Below, in pieces: positions 25,655-37,365 of a stretch of DNA of 64,000 nucleotides (positions are counted from its first letter, which is position 1; each line of letters opens with the position of its first letter). The stretch covers positions 32,178,001 to 32,242,000 of the forward strand of contig NW_025964112.1 in the NCBI RefSeq assembly GCF_023055435.1, in the 5' to 3' direction. The notes below the pieces were generated by a model. That model was not told the DNA's origin, searched no databases, and worked only from the letters and a program-made list of their open reading frames with translations. The stretch is from Haliotis rufescens. Its lineage: Eukaryota. The translations under genes were made by a program, and so were the position numbers.

Positions 25655-28600
25655 TAGTCCATGGGCCAGAGCACATATCGGTACCACCTGGGGTGGCAAA
25701 ACCTAAGTGGTACTAACATGTATATAGGGTCAATACAAGTGCAAAATGATATGATAACCTTTCCGCAGAATTAGCTTATTACTACATTTCCACATACCTC
25801 GGATTTCACACTTTGCACTATAGCGTAATCATTGTAAACACAATCTAGTTTTATTTCAGATAGCAGCTGGAATTGATCTAAATCAGTGTAAGAAAGGCTG
25901 TAGGAATTTTGCAATGAATAACAAATGGCAAATACATTATTGTCCGTCTTCATTGGCTGGGCCAATGCCACAGGGTACCCTGCCTGAAGTCAACAAGAAG
26001 TCCAAGAAGAGGAACATCAGCGCTGCCCCTCTGATTCAACATCCTGACCCGCAATGTATTATTGTTGCTCAAGGTACTGTGAGCTACCTGCCCATCATCA
26101 ATGCTCCTGCAACAAACATGTCCACTGTGAATGAAGTGCTGGCGCAAACTCTTCGCATCATGCAAGTCCTGCAGCTGAATGAGATTGTGTGTGTGTTCGA
26201 CCAAGCACTCTATGCCAAGGCTGCAGAGATAGTGTGGAAACACGAGAAGTTACAAGAAAATAATCATTAGGATGGGGGTCTTCCACACAATCTACAACCT
26301 CCTCTCCATCATAGGGAAGAGATTTCAAGATGCAGGGCTCAGAGATCTGTGTGTTGAATCAGGGGTGATTGCAGACGGATCGATAGCTGGTGTCATGGAA
26401 GGGCGCAGGTACAACCGGGGAGTTAGACTACACAGCTTGTGTATGCTTGTGTATGAAGCACTGATGAGGCTTGCATGGAAAGGCTTTCTCCAATGGTTGC
26501 AAAACAACCATATCCACGATCCTCACCACCTAGACGAAACCCTGCAGAGGATTGTCGACTTCCAATGTCAAGCTTCACTCCTGAACCTACTTGAAGACCA
26601 CTCCTGCAGGAGGATCTTGGAGCTGTTCCAATCTTACCTGATCTCCCTCAGAGAACACAGCCTTCTGGATGTCTTATGTAGACATGTTCGAAATCATGCT
26701 GGGCCTCATTCGATCTTCTCGAGAGGGTGACTGGATGCTTCATGTGGCAGCCATCCGACAGATGATTCCCTGGTGCTTTTCCTGTGACAAGCTCAACTAT
26801 GCCCGCTTCCTGACCTACTACTATGCCACCATGTCTCGGCTGCCCATCAAACACCCTGAAGTCAACAAGCACTTCATGCAGGGCGGGTTTTCAGTCCAGA
26901 TTGGTCATCAAAACCCCTTCGGGAGGATCCCTGTTGATCAGACGATTGAGGAGACCATCAACAAGGACACACGGATACCTGGAGGCACCAAAGGTTTCAG
27001 TCTGAAACCTGGCGCGGTTGCAAGACACTTCCTGACATCAGAGTACCGGAGCACCTACCTGAAGCAGCTGAGGGGTATGGTCCATATAGGGCAACATGAC
27101 TGCCTGAGTCATCCTGATCTGCAACTCCCTAGGATCAGACGAGACGAAGCTGACATCCAATCCCTCGTTCGGGTAATGGAGGCGAGCTGGTTCAATCCTT
27201 TCAACACTGACCAAGGAGAGCTTGTCAGTCTGTCGACTGCTACTACTGCGCTGGAAGAAGTGTCCAAAGACCTTCTCAGGGCTTGCAAGATAGGAGAAGA
27301 TGCATACCAGACCTTCAAGCAAGAACGCTTAGAAGCATCTGACCCATCAGTCCCACGACAGGATGCAAAAGAAGAATCTGAATCAGAAAGAAGTCCCGCA
27401 GCAAAGGCCGTGCCAAAGAAGTGGTCCTGAAAGCTGACAGGAAATTATTTGGTCAAATGATCCTTGTAGCTGAGAGTCGAAAACTGCACATGAGTGTTGT
27501 ACTTGCTCATCCTCTGGGGCCTCTGCCATGGGCCCTCGCCAACGGAGATGGGTCCCTCCGCAAGACGAACAAAGCAGCCTTTCCCAGATCCATCCAACTG
27601 TAATAGATGGAATGAGCTTCATCCAGAAGTGGAACGGTAATGAGAAAACCTTCGAACAGCTGGCAGAATCAGCCTTGTCCCTTGTTCTGCATGAAGGCAA
27701 GAAGAGCCAACGCATCGATGTCGTCTTTGACGTGTACAAGGAGACGTCCATTAAAGACGCAGAACGATGTAACAGGAGGTCAGACACAGAATTCCAATTC
27801 AGAAACAATGCACCTGGTCACAATATTCAGCAATTGAGAAAGTTACTGAGCAGCTCGTCTTACAAACCAAGACTGATCAAGTTACTGGTGGAAGAATGGA
27901 AGAAAGCAAGTCAAAGAGAGAAACTCGAGAAACACGGTACTGTATGTTACCTGCGAAGACATCTGCTATAAGATGACCAAAGAAGAGTGGGAGGAGGCTG
28001 GAGAGCTGAAGTCTTCTCAAGAAGAAGCCGACACCCGCCTTCTGCTCCATGCTCTGCATGCAGCGGAGCATGGCTACAAGAGTGTAGTCATCACTGCTGA
28101 TGATACTGATGTCTTGGTCTTGACCTCGGCGTCAGCAGCAGTATTGCATGCCCAATATTCCAGAAATGTGGGACGAAGAGCCGCACAATGTACATAAACA
28201 TCCAGAAGCTACACCAGGCACTGGGAGATGATGTCTGTAATGCGCTCGTCAGCATGCACGCGTTCACGGGCTGTGATACAGTCAGTGCCTTTGCTGGCCG
28301 GGGGAAGATGGCAACATTGAAGAGGATTAAGTCAGACAAGACCTACCAGGAGGCCTTCAGTGAACTTGGTAGTTGATGGGAGGTATCAACGGAATTGTTC
28401 CAGGGGCTGCAGAAGATCACCTGCCAAATGTACTTGCCTTCTGCCCAGACGACTGAGGTGAACAGACTCAGACACCAACTCTTCTGTGCCAGACGAGGGG
28501 AGATGGAGTCAAGCCAACTGCCACCTTGTGAAGACTGCCTGTTCATGCATGCTCTCCGTGCCAACTACCAGGCTGCCATCTGGAGGAGATGTCTGCAGAC

Positions 28601-29224
28601 CCAGCCCATTGTCCCAAGGCCGAAGGAGTGTGGTTGGAAAAACAGAAGAGGACGGCAAGCTGACAATTCAGTGGATGCGTGGCTCACCTGCACCAGATGC
28701 CGTTCTCCAGTTGCTCTCCTGCAAATGTGTCCGCTCATGCAAACTGCCAGATTGTTTTTGCCTCACCAATGGCTTGAGGTGCACAGACATGTGTAAGCTA
28801 CAAACCTGCACTAACCAAGCCAAGGATGACCCACAGTTGGAGCTTTCAGATTTGTCAGACTCTGATGATGAGCTTGACGGTGATTAGGCCCAGTTACTCA
28901 ACTATGGACACATATAATTCAACTTTCAAGTCAATTTTCAAAGCTACTAGTGTTCTGATTGTGTGCCCAAGAGATTAACCATGGTCTCTATGATGTTTTT
29001 TTTTATTGTCAGAGTAAATTACATTAACAAAATACGAGTTTATGGCTGTTTTTCCTAGGGTATGCTGATATAATGGGTTAAAACTACTATTAAGCTACCA
29101 ATCTGCGATGGTTATCATATCAAAACATAAACTAGACATATATAGCATGTGAAAAATTGCAACTAGAATTTGCCACTCTGAGTGGTACCGATAAGTGAAA
29201 TTTTCGGTCTTGGCTCATGGACTA
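25655..29224 (+). mobile_element. Academ-superfamily DNA transposon (AcademX type), internally deleted
   Basis: Termini TAGTCCATG..CATGGACTA, imperfect TIRs of ~120 bp sharing tatcggtaccac, gtggcaaa and tgatatgataacc; 3-bp TSD TAT (25652-25654 and 29225-29227); encloses transposase, XPG-like and Cys-rich coding remnants. Confidence 0.88.
25940..28887 (+). pseudogene. Academ polyprotein pseudogene: DDE-type transposase, XPG/FEN1-like nuclease, Cys-rich (CXC/Cys8) finger
   Basis: Colinear pieces across about 8 frameshifts: VFDQALYAKA, MGVFHT, DKLNYARFL, PVDQTIEETINKD, IDGM, DVVFDVY, QEEADTRLLLHA, ADDTDVLVL, HAFTGCDTVSAFAGRGK, LPPC..HALRANYQAAIW, CKCVRSCKLPDCFCLTNGLRCTDMCKLQTC, acidic tail. Confidence 0.88.
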
Positions 29225-30124
29225 TATCATAACAGCGTGACATACGTATGCTTTGCGAATGACTGTGGTCTGAAGATTCCCACCACCGTGACTGGTGCTG
29301 CAAGCGGGTACGGAGAAGGTTGGGCGCGTCAGCTTTATACACCAGATAAAAAAACCCGCACAAACAAAAAATACATTGAATGTCGAATGTTTATTGCTGT
29401 TTCTATTATAACTGTTGTTGTTTCTGTTACCAAGCGGTGCACTTTCACTTCCATGTGTTTATTTGATTCATCATAAAGGAAATAGCTACCATCCGATAGT
29501 TCAGTGAGTGTGTTGTTTATTGACCAAAGTCTTGCTTTTTCAGAATCCGCTGACTGCCCCGTGACAAGCGCATACAAACATAATAGTATAAATAGTAGCA
29601 CCTGTTGTGTGTAGGGGTAACGATGGGCGGGGAAGCGACACAGCGACGTACATGTGATAGCGTTTTTGTTTTAAAAAATAAGGTTGTGAACCGATTAAAC
29701 CTTTATGTGGTTCAACAAAGAGACGAGCTATCAAGATGTCAGTAAGTGATAATTCCGTACGTACTTTTTTTAGGAAATGTGTTATTCGTTATGATAAACT
29801 CTTTCATTTGCCGATAATCCGAAACAGACTCAAAATCGCTGTCAAAACAGAGCTACTCGAAATTGATTGCATTTTCTTATGATTCGAATTACGTATGACC
29901 TTTTAACTTTTCCGATAAAGATTTTCACATAATATTGCTATTGCTTTTCGGTTAATATCAATATTGAAATATTCTTTGTCATTTTGTCCTTTGTTTAACA
30001 GGCATAGCAGATATTAAATCAATAACAAAATTAAATGCATCATCGGATGGACAATGACATCGATGCAGATGGAAAAACCGATACTTTTAAAGTCTTGATC
30101 CATCTCTTAAATGAGATGAGGACA

Positions 30125-30238
30125 TTCACCAAAGTGGTAAACGTCTAAGACCTGCGCCACTTGGGGTTTGCCCCATCATTAAGTTGACATGCCATTATAT
30201 AATTGAAATATTGCTCAAGGCGCCGTTCAAACAAACAA
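30125..30238 (+). mobile_element. SINE family B 3' fragment
   Basis: caccaaagtggtaaacgtctaagacctgc is the reverse complement of ~56967-56995; ends in a gaaatattgctcaaggcgccgtt tail. Confidence 0.6.
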
Positions 30239-31899
30239 TTTGTATAAGGGCAGATGGTTTATCAGAAAGACATTACTCCGAACTCCTCATAATTACAAAT
30301 GATTTTGTGAGTGGACTTTTTATGGGAAATCAGTGGACATATATCACGTTTTCCGATCTATGTAATACTGTACTGTAATGTATATCCACATAGTGATTAT
30401 TATGCCTTAGAATGTATTGCAACACCCACGCAAACTCTCTCAAACTCATACCAACAGAAAAATAAACTTCTTATCAAATACACGATGCATATATCATCGC
30501 GCTGTAGCTACAAAATCGATATGATGGTGAAGACGACTTTCAGAAATAATTGGAACAATTAGCTTCGCAATCGCTGACACCAGCATATCGGTTGCAGCAC
30601 GAGCTAGCAGTCAGCTGGTACTTCGTACTCTCCGGTTCCGGTCCACGCAAGAATGTCTCTTGTCTAATATTAATTATGAAAAACGTTGCTCACCAACTTT
30701 TGGTTCACACTCCAACTATCTTTCGTCCGCCTTTATTTAACACATTAGAACTTACAGGTGGAATCTTATCTCATTATGAAACATTGCACATATTCACTGG
30801 ATTCTTGTCACTCAATTCACTTTAGAAAGGAACACATCAAAGAAACCTTTGACAATATTCAACGCTTATACATGTCGTATTTCGACCACGATGGTCTTTT
30901 TTAACAAGTGTAGGCGCAGTGGGAAGCATGGCCTCCGCTACAGTTTGGATTATTCATGGCTGGTTGGGTCTATTTATGTCGTGAATACTGCTCTCAAGGT
31001 TAGAGTGTCTTGCAGAGGAATTATCTTTGAGCTGACAACTTTGAAGAAGAGAAGTGACGTGTGACGGAGTGCAACTAAAAGAACACTTTAATATATTGAA
31101 AAAGTAGTCGAATTAGCGTCTTCATATTTTTAGTATAAATTCTTCAAAGTAAGCGAAAGTGAGCGTTGTCGTAATTATCTTTGGAATTCTTTTTCTTAAA
31201 ACGTGAATCATTTTTCAAAAAGAATTATGACAACAATTGTTTGTTGGTGTGAGTTTAGAAATGTCCTTTATGCTAAGAAAAGGGATTGTTATGACCTTGT
31301 ATTGTTGTTTCTTTCTAATGATGCATAAAAGAATTGTATTATTTTTTTGGTCATTTGAAATCGAAAATATTATATATGACATAGATACTACTACACAGTC
31401 TACAGCACAAAACCTAGTCAATGGGGATGACAGATATACTGACTAGTCGATGCGGGATATGAAACGTATATCTTTTATACTAATGTCCTAATGTCCGATG
31501 CGAAGTTTCAAAGGTTTTGTATTATAGCCTAATCAAAATGATAAAGTATATAGCAATATGTGCACGCCGGGAGAAGCGCTTTAATATAATGGGAAGAGAT
31601 TGCAACGATAAATAATTACTTTGTGGTGTAAACAAGATGTCAAAGAGTTCGCCGACGTCTCCATGTTGTTATTTAATGTTCGATGTGTAGCCTCACAGGT
31701 GCATGAGGCTAAACTCGTTTTTCAAAACTAAAATTATGAATATATTCCAAGAACATGTGTGCCTATATCCATCTATCTAGGAAATTGAATAACATAGCTA
31801 TTTGACTTACTTTGAGCCATGGCCCATATTCCATTCAGGACACCTTTAGGTATATTAGTACGGTATGTGTTATATTTGGTGTCGTGTTTACGGGAAAAA

Positions 31900-32600
31900 C
31901 CTCTGATGTTGCTCTTGCATCGCAAGTTAAAAGAGTAAATAAAATGCTAACGCAATGCCTGGCTATGCACAGTACTTAAATGTGTACAGACAGCCAACTT
32001 CAAAGCTTTCATGGTTTTTATGCAGACGTTAATTTCTGTTTTAGGAATATCCTCAAAGACATACTTCACCATTGAAATGTGCAGTGATGTCCAAAGGTGG
32101 AACATCTTAAATGTGTTTTGAGAATGGTGTATGGGTCAGGGAGAGCATTATTTAAGCCTTAACAGTTCGTCTGGCCATTTGCAGAGTGTCTTCATCAACA
32201 ATTTAGCGGATCTGTTTCATGTTGGCAATCACAGTGTTAATAAGGAAACGGTTTGGAGCTTGTCGATTGATCTTTCAATCGTTTTTCGACAAGAAACTGA
32301 TGTAAAGGTTAGACACACAAAAGACTGGCCAACTTAAGAGTGACAGGTTCTTCTTGCCTCACACATCCACGTCATGCTTCCACAGTTCATTGTCATTGTT
32401 CGTTGTCATTTACCTAAAACCTGGAGCGCCCCAGCAATGTTGTTAAACTTAATCTTTACTAAAACACGAGTTGATAACTGTTACCACATTGGATCATTAT
32501 AGGGAAGGTGGCTCATGCCTGCCTCATAAATTGGGTATTAGTCACTTAAGCGATATCCTTTTTGTCACTGCTCACTTTGTGTGTTTCGGAACATATTCCT
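31900..32600 (+). mobile_element. Possible non-LTR (LINE) RT remnant
   Basis: NGV.GQGEHYLS..SVFINNLADL resembles the GVRQG..LSP.LF..FINDL motif; FKAF upstream; no YADD seen. Confidence 0.4.
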
Positions 32601-33599
32601 AGTTCTGCTTTGGTAAGCAAATGATTCCTTCATTCTATACAGAGCGATGCTGTGATCTTATAATGTCCCTTAACTTTCATCAGGATATACGACACGCAGC
32701 TAGAAACTTTCAGCATAGTACAAGTAGAAGAGTCCCTTTCATAATATAATACATACACAGTCTGTCTATTAGTTATTCCACACTAACCAAAGAAGATTAT
32801 GTCCCTGCATATTCTCGGAAAGCCATCTTCGGGCACGTTGGTCATTGGGTATGTTCTCTTTTCTATAGAAATAAATAGAACAACATTATCACCAAAATAT
32901 TATCAAACGAAACAAAAGTGACGGCAACATTGATCGACACTCATTCATAATGGCATGCAGCTTCTCTTAACATTCCCATTGGTTATGCATGTGTGACATT
33001 TATTTATAGTTTCATGATCATACATATACTATATGAGAAACCAACGGTCAATCGGCTTTTTATAAACTCGTCCAATGCAACTATCTCCTAATGGTCGCTG
33101 TTAATGTCAATGCCCACTCTCTGGGCATCTGGAATCTGTGTATGACATCATACATCCGCCACTCAGCAGACCAGTACCCTTGGCTTAAACCGTTTAGCAG
33201 ACGCTGAGTGTCACTTAACATGCAGATAATGGGACACAACTGACAGGCCTCGGGAGTCGAGGGGTCGAGGGGTCCACGGGCCAGATTATTAAAGACTTCA
33301 TGACTTCAAACCAGGAAAATAGTAAATACCCCTTCAATTGTCTGTCTAACAAGATATGGTACTCGAGATTGCTGTGATAGATATTATTCAAAATAGCCTG
33401 GAACTGGATTTGAAACATGACTATCAGGCAATCTCAGGTTTGATATATTATGAAATGTTTCCTCAAAACTATATTTTGTATTGAATGTTATTCTAACTAA
33501 ACCTCTCGGTGTTCCAATTGCTGTGTCTCTGTAACAGGTAAGAGAGGCATGTTCATGTATTATGACAAGTTTAAGAATCTGTTGATTAGGAGGAACGAA

Positions 33600-33815
33600 A
33601 TGTTTATATTGGAGTTGTGCTGAAACTTGGTGTAAGGTTGGTGCAATCACTGCGTTTGAGGTCAGTTGCCTACCGAGATCACAATCACCAGTTTCTTCCC
33701 TTCCTGGCTGACGTCCAAGTGGACGTCGATGTCCATACGTCATTGGGTAAATTGTTCCCAAACACCAACACTCGCGGGTGCTTTTTCCATTTGGCAGAGA
33801 AATCCCAGATGTAAG
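33600..33815 (+). mobile_element. Possible MULE transposase remnant
   Basis: KLFPNTNTRGCFFHLAE matches the FP....GCxFH motif of Mutator transposases; single motif only. Confidence 0.5.
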
Positions 33816-34810
33816 GAGGCTTATCAGACATGTATTAAACTATAGCAGGCAGTCCACAGGGAGCGAACTTCTCAGAGTAGAACCTTCACTGTTGCAATAT
33901 GGCTCCACTTCGATAATGGACGGTTGGCACAAATGAACTCCTCGGCCCAGGAAAGACACCCTAACATCAACCTGGTGGTACGTCCTCTGAGGAAAGAGTA
34001 GTCCATGACGGAAGTGAAATTTGCCCTGTACAGCTCTTCCTTTGGAAACGCAGATGCGTTGACATCGACTTTAGAATCCGTGCCCTGAAGGACAATTTTA
34101 TGAATCATCTCACGTCGGCAACGGAGTACACAGAATAGGTATTCCAGTTGATACATCTCGAGTAAATGCAATGAAACATGTTGTGCTGTTGGGGACAAAC
34201 GGAGATCGAATACTATGCTGTTGCATATTTATATGTATCATCAGAAATAATAATATAATATAAAGCGACATTGAGTTCATGTGTAAAAATGCACACTCAT
34301 ACATGCCTTCATTTATACTGCCGGCAAGAGACGCTATCCATACTGTAGAAATTTAGTTCGTTGTTTCTAGGATATTCTGGTGCCAGAATATCAAATTATC
34401 AGATTCACTTAACCATAGCAGGTACCGGGACACCGACCGAAGTCTTTCCAACTGTAGTATTAGATATCCTGTGCCACGACCGGCCAAACTGGCCAGTTCT
34501 TCAAATAGTGTTGATCAACACTTCCGTGAGAATTTGCCAGTACTTTAATTAGGAGATAAACCCACTGTGTTTAGACACATCTCATTTAAATCTGGAACAG
34601 ATCGCCACTCTACCATGACAACAAAAGATCTTTTTAACAATGAAGTCTTACTTACACATGAGCAAATAGGGCAGCTGTCTTAAAATGTGCCGTAAAGGGG
34701 TCACAGGTAGTTACACTCTTAAAACATATTGCTTAAGTTCAATGTTTTCATACACAAGATTTCTGTATGAAAAGAAATGTAATGTTTTAGGTATCAAATG
34801 AAATTAGATA

Positions 34811-34985
34811 CAGTAAACTACGGTTATAACGAACTCAAAGGGACCTCTAATTTTAGTTCGTTATAACCGTAGTTCGTTATAAGCATATATACAGCATAAA
34901 AACAGCAAATAGTCGGGACAAAAAAGTAAGTTCGTTATATCCGTCAGTTCGTTATAAGCGTGTTCGTTATAAACGTAGTTTACTG
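34811..34985. mobile_element. pogo/Tigger-type MITE
   Basis: TA|cagtaaactacggttataacgaac .. gttcgttataaacgtagtttactg|TA; internal gttcgttata repeats. Confidence 0.92.
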
Positions 34986-36187
34986 TACGTGTTTTTAATC
35001 TTACTTTGACCCCCAATCAGAACCAAGCATTCTTCAGTGTCATGGCTTGATTTCTCAATGTATCAATTTATGGCATTCTGACCAGATTGGACAGTGTTTC
35101 AAAAAATGACATTCTGCAAACTGCAGGTGGAGTGTATTTGCACTTAATCTAGATTCTACCTCGAATGGATAATTATACATTTTTTATGAAACCACTGACA
35201 CGACGTTAATGGTATATATATGGCTCGGGTATTAATCGCGGCGCGACATTCAGGAATACTGTATATGTCTAGAAACAGGCCCTTTGATGTCAAGCCCCAT
35301 CTGTGTTAAACACAATTCACTTCCTTAACTTATAATTGGTTCGAGGCAGTAGTTTGCCCTTATCCACGTTCTTCAATAACTCATCAGCAACGCTGGTATT
35401 TTGATTATTGATATTGAACAGCACTATTAATACATGAAATGAAAGGTCGCATTTTGGTACCGTCCTATTCCTATACTTGACATTAAACAGCATTGAAGGT
35501 TGATAAGAAATAAGGTGACAGTCAAGAAACATTAACATGCGCTATGAAAACATAGTGATCAGGCTTGCGCCCAGTTTCCACCTATAAATTTCAGCTGCTA
35601 CAGAAAGTTCCAATGAACAACGAAACTATCCATTACATTCAAACATGATGAAATTCGTTTGATCTTTAAATCTGTCGATTTCTCGTTTTTCGGAGAAATA
35701 GTTTTTTAGTGTGTCGCTCTTTTGTTTAATATAATAGTAGGAAAGCATGTGTTTAATATATGCTAACCATGAAAGTAATTATGCTTTATTTACAGTTGTA
35801 TACTAGTTATGTGTTTGAAAATAGCAACATAATATTTGGTCGTTCGTCTGATGAATGTTTTATCGTAACAAATTCATTGACGAATCCCATACCTGGTAAC
35901 AGGAGACAGCGCTTCACAGCCTACAAGGCTTGCAAACAGAACGGGGGATGTTGTTCCAAAAGTGAGTCACAGACTAACCCAAATGAGCGAACGTTACCGG
36001 ACGGTTCTTGTCCTGTCGTAGGCGTTGCACTATATCATCCAAGGGGCAGAGGTATGAAGAAACAGACCGCCACGGCAGTACAGCTATGTTATGCTGCCTC
36101 AGTAAGCATGATATTAAGCAGAAAGCGGGAATTATCCTGCTGCAACATGACGTTACGTCCTGCATTTGCACAAAGGGTAAAGGGTAG

Positions 36188-36191
<4 letters not shown>

Positions 36192-36232
<41 letters not shown>
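36192..36232. repeat. (GT)n microsatellite
   Basis: Direct. Confidence 0.98.
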
Positions 36233-36235
<3 letters not shown>

Positions 36236-36439
36236 GCAACTGAAACTGAAACTGCTTTACAAAACAAACTGAAAATAGGATGGTCTTAACCTGAGGCTTG
36301 AAGTTGTTTTAATGTATAATGGTGTTAATATGAAAGTCACATCTCAAGATTCCAGTCTCATTACAGCTGTTGAATAGTAAATCGTTTTGCGGAAATGAAA
36401 ACTAAGCACCATTATTCGTTGTGTTACCATAACAGTTAG

Positions 36440-37365
36440 AGAGAGTATCTCAATTAAATGCAGGGAACTCGTTCCAAAGTCTCAACACACAATCAACGTC
36501 TCAGTTGAATGTTGGTAACTCGTACCAAAGTCTCAACACAGAGACAATATCGCCATTTAATGTAGGCCTCTCACTATAAAGTCTCGACACAGAGACAATA
36601 TCGCCATTGAATGTAGGCCTCTCACTACAAAGTCTCGACACAGAGACAATATCGCCATTGAATGTAGGCCTCTCACTACAAAGTCTCGACACAGAGACAA
36701 TATCGCCATTGAATGTAGGCCTCTCACTATAAAGTCTCGACATAGAGACAATATCGCCATTGAATGTAGGCCTCACACTACAAAGTCTCGACACAGAGAC
36801 AATATCGCCATTTAATGTAGGCCTCTCACTATAAAGTCTCGACACAGAGACAATATCGCCATTGAATGTAGGCCTCTCACTACAAAGTCTCGACACAGAG
36901 ACAATATCGCCATTGAATGTAGGCCTCTCACTACAAAGTCTCGACACAGAGACAATATCGCCATTGAATGTAGGCCTCTCACTACAAAGTCTCGACACAG
37001 AGACAATATCGCCATTGAATGTAGGCCTGTCACTACAAAGTCTCAACACAGAGACAATATCTCAGTTGAATGTAGGCCTCTCACTACAAAGTCTCGACAT
37101 AGAGACAATATCTCAGTTGAATGTAGGCCTCTCACTATAAAGTCTCAACACAGAGACAATATCGCCATTGAATGTAGGCCTCTCACTACAAAGTCTCGAC
37201 ATAGAGAAAATATCGCCATTGAATGTAGGCCTCTCACTATAAAGTCTCAACACAGAGACAATATCGCCATTGAATGTAGGCCTCTCACTACAAAGTCTCG
37301 ACATAGAGACAATATCTCAGTTGAATGTAGGGCTCTCACTACAAAGCTTTGATACAGAGACAATT
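36440..37365. repeat. 51-bp minisatellite
   Basis: Unit ttgaatgtaggcctctcactacaaagtctcgacacagagacaatatcgcca, with degenerate edge units. Confidence 0.97.
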
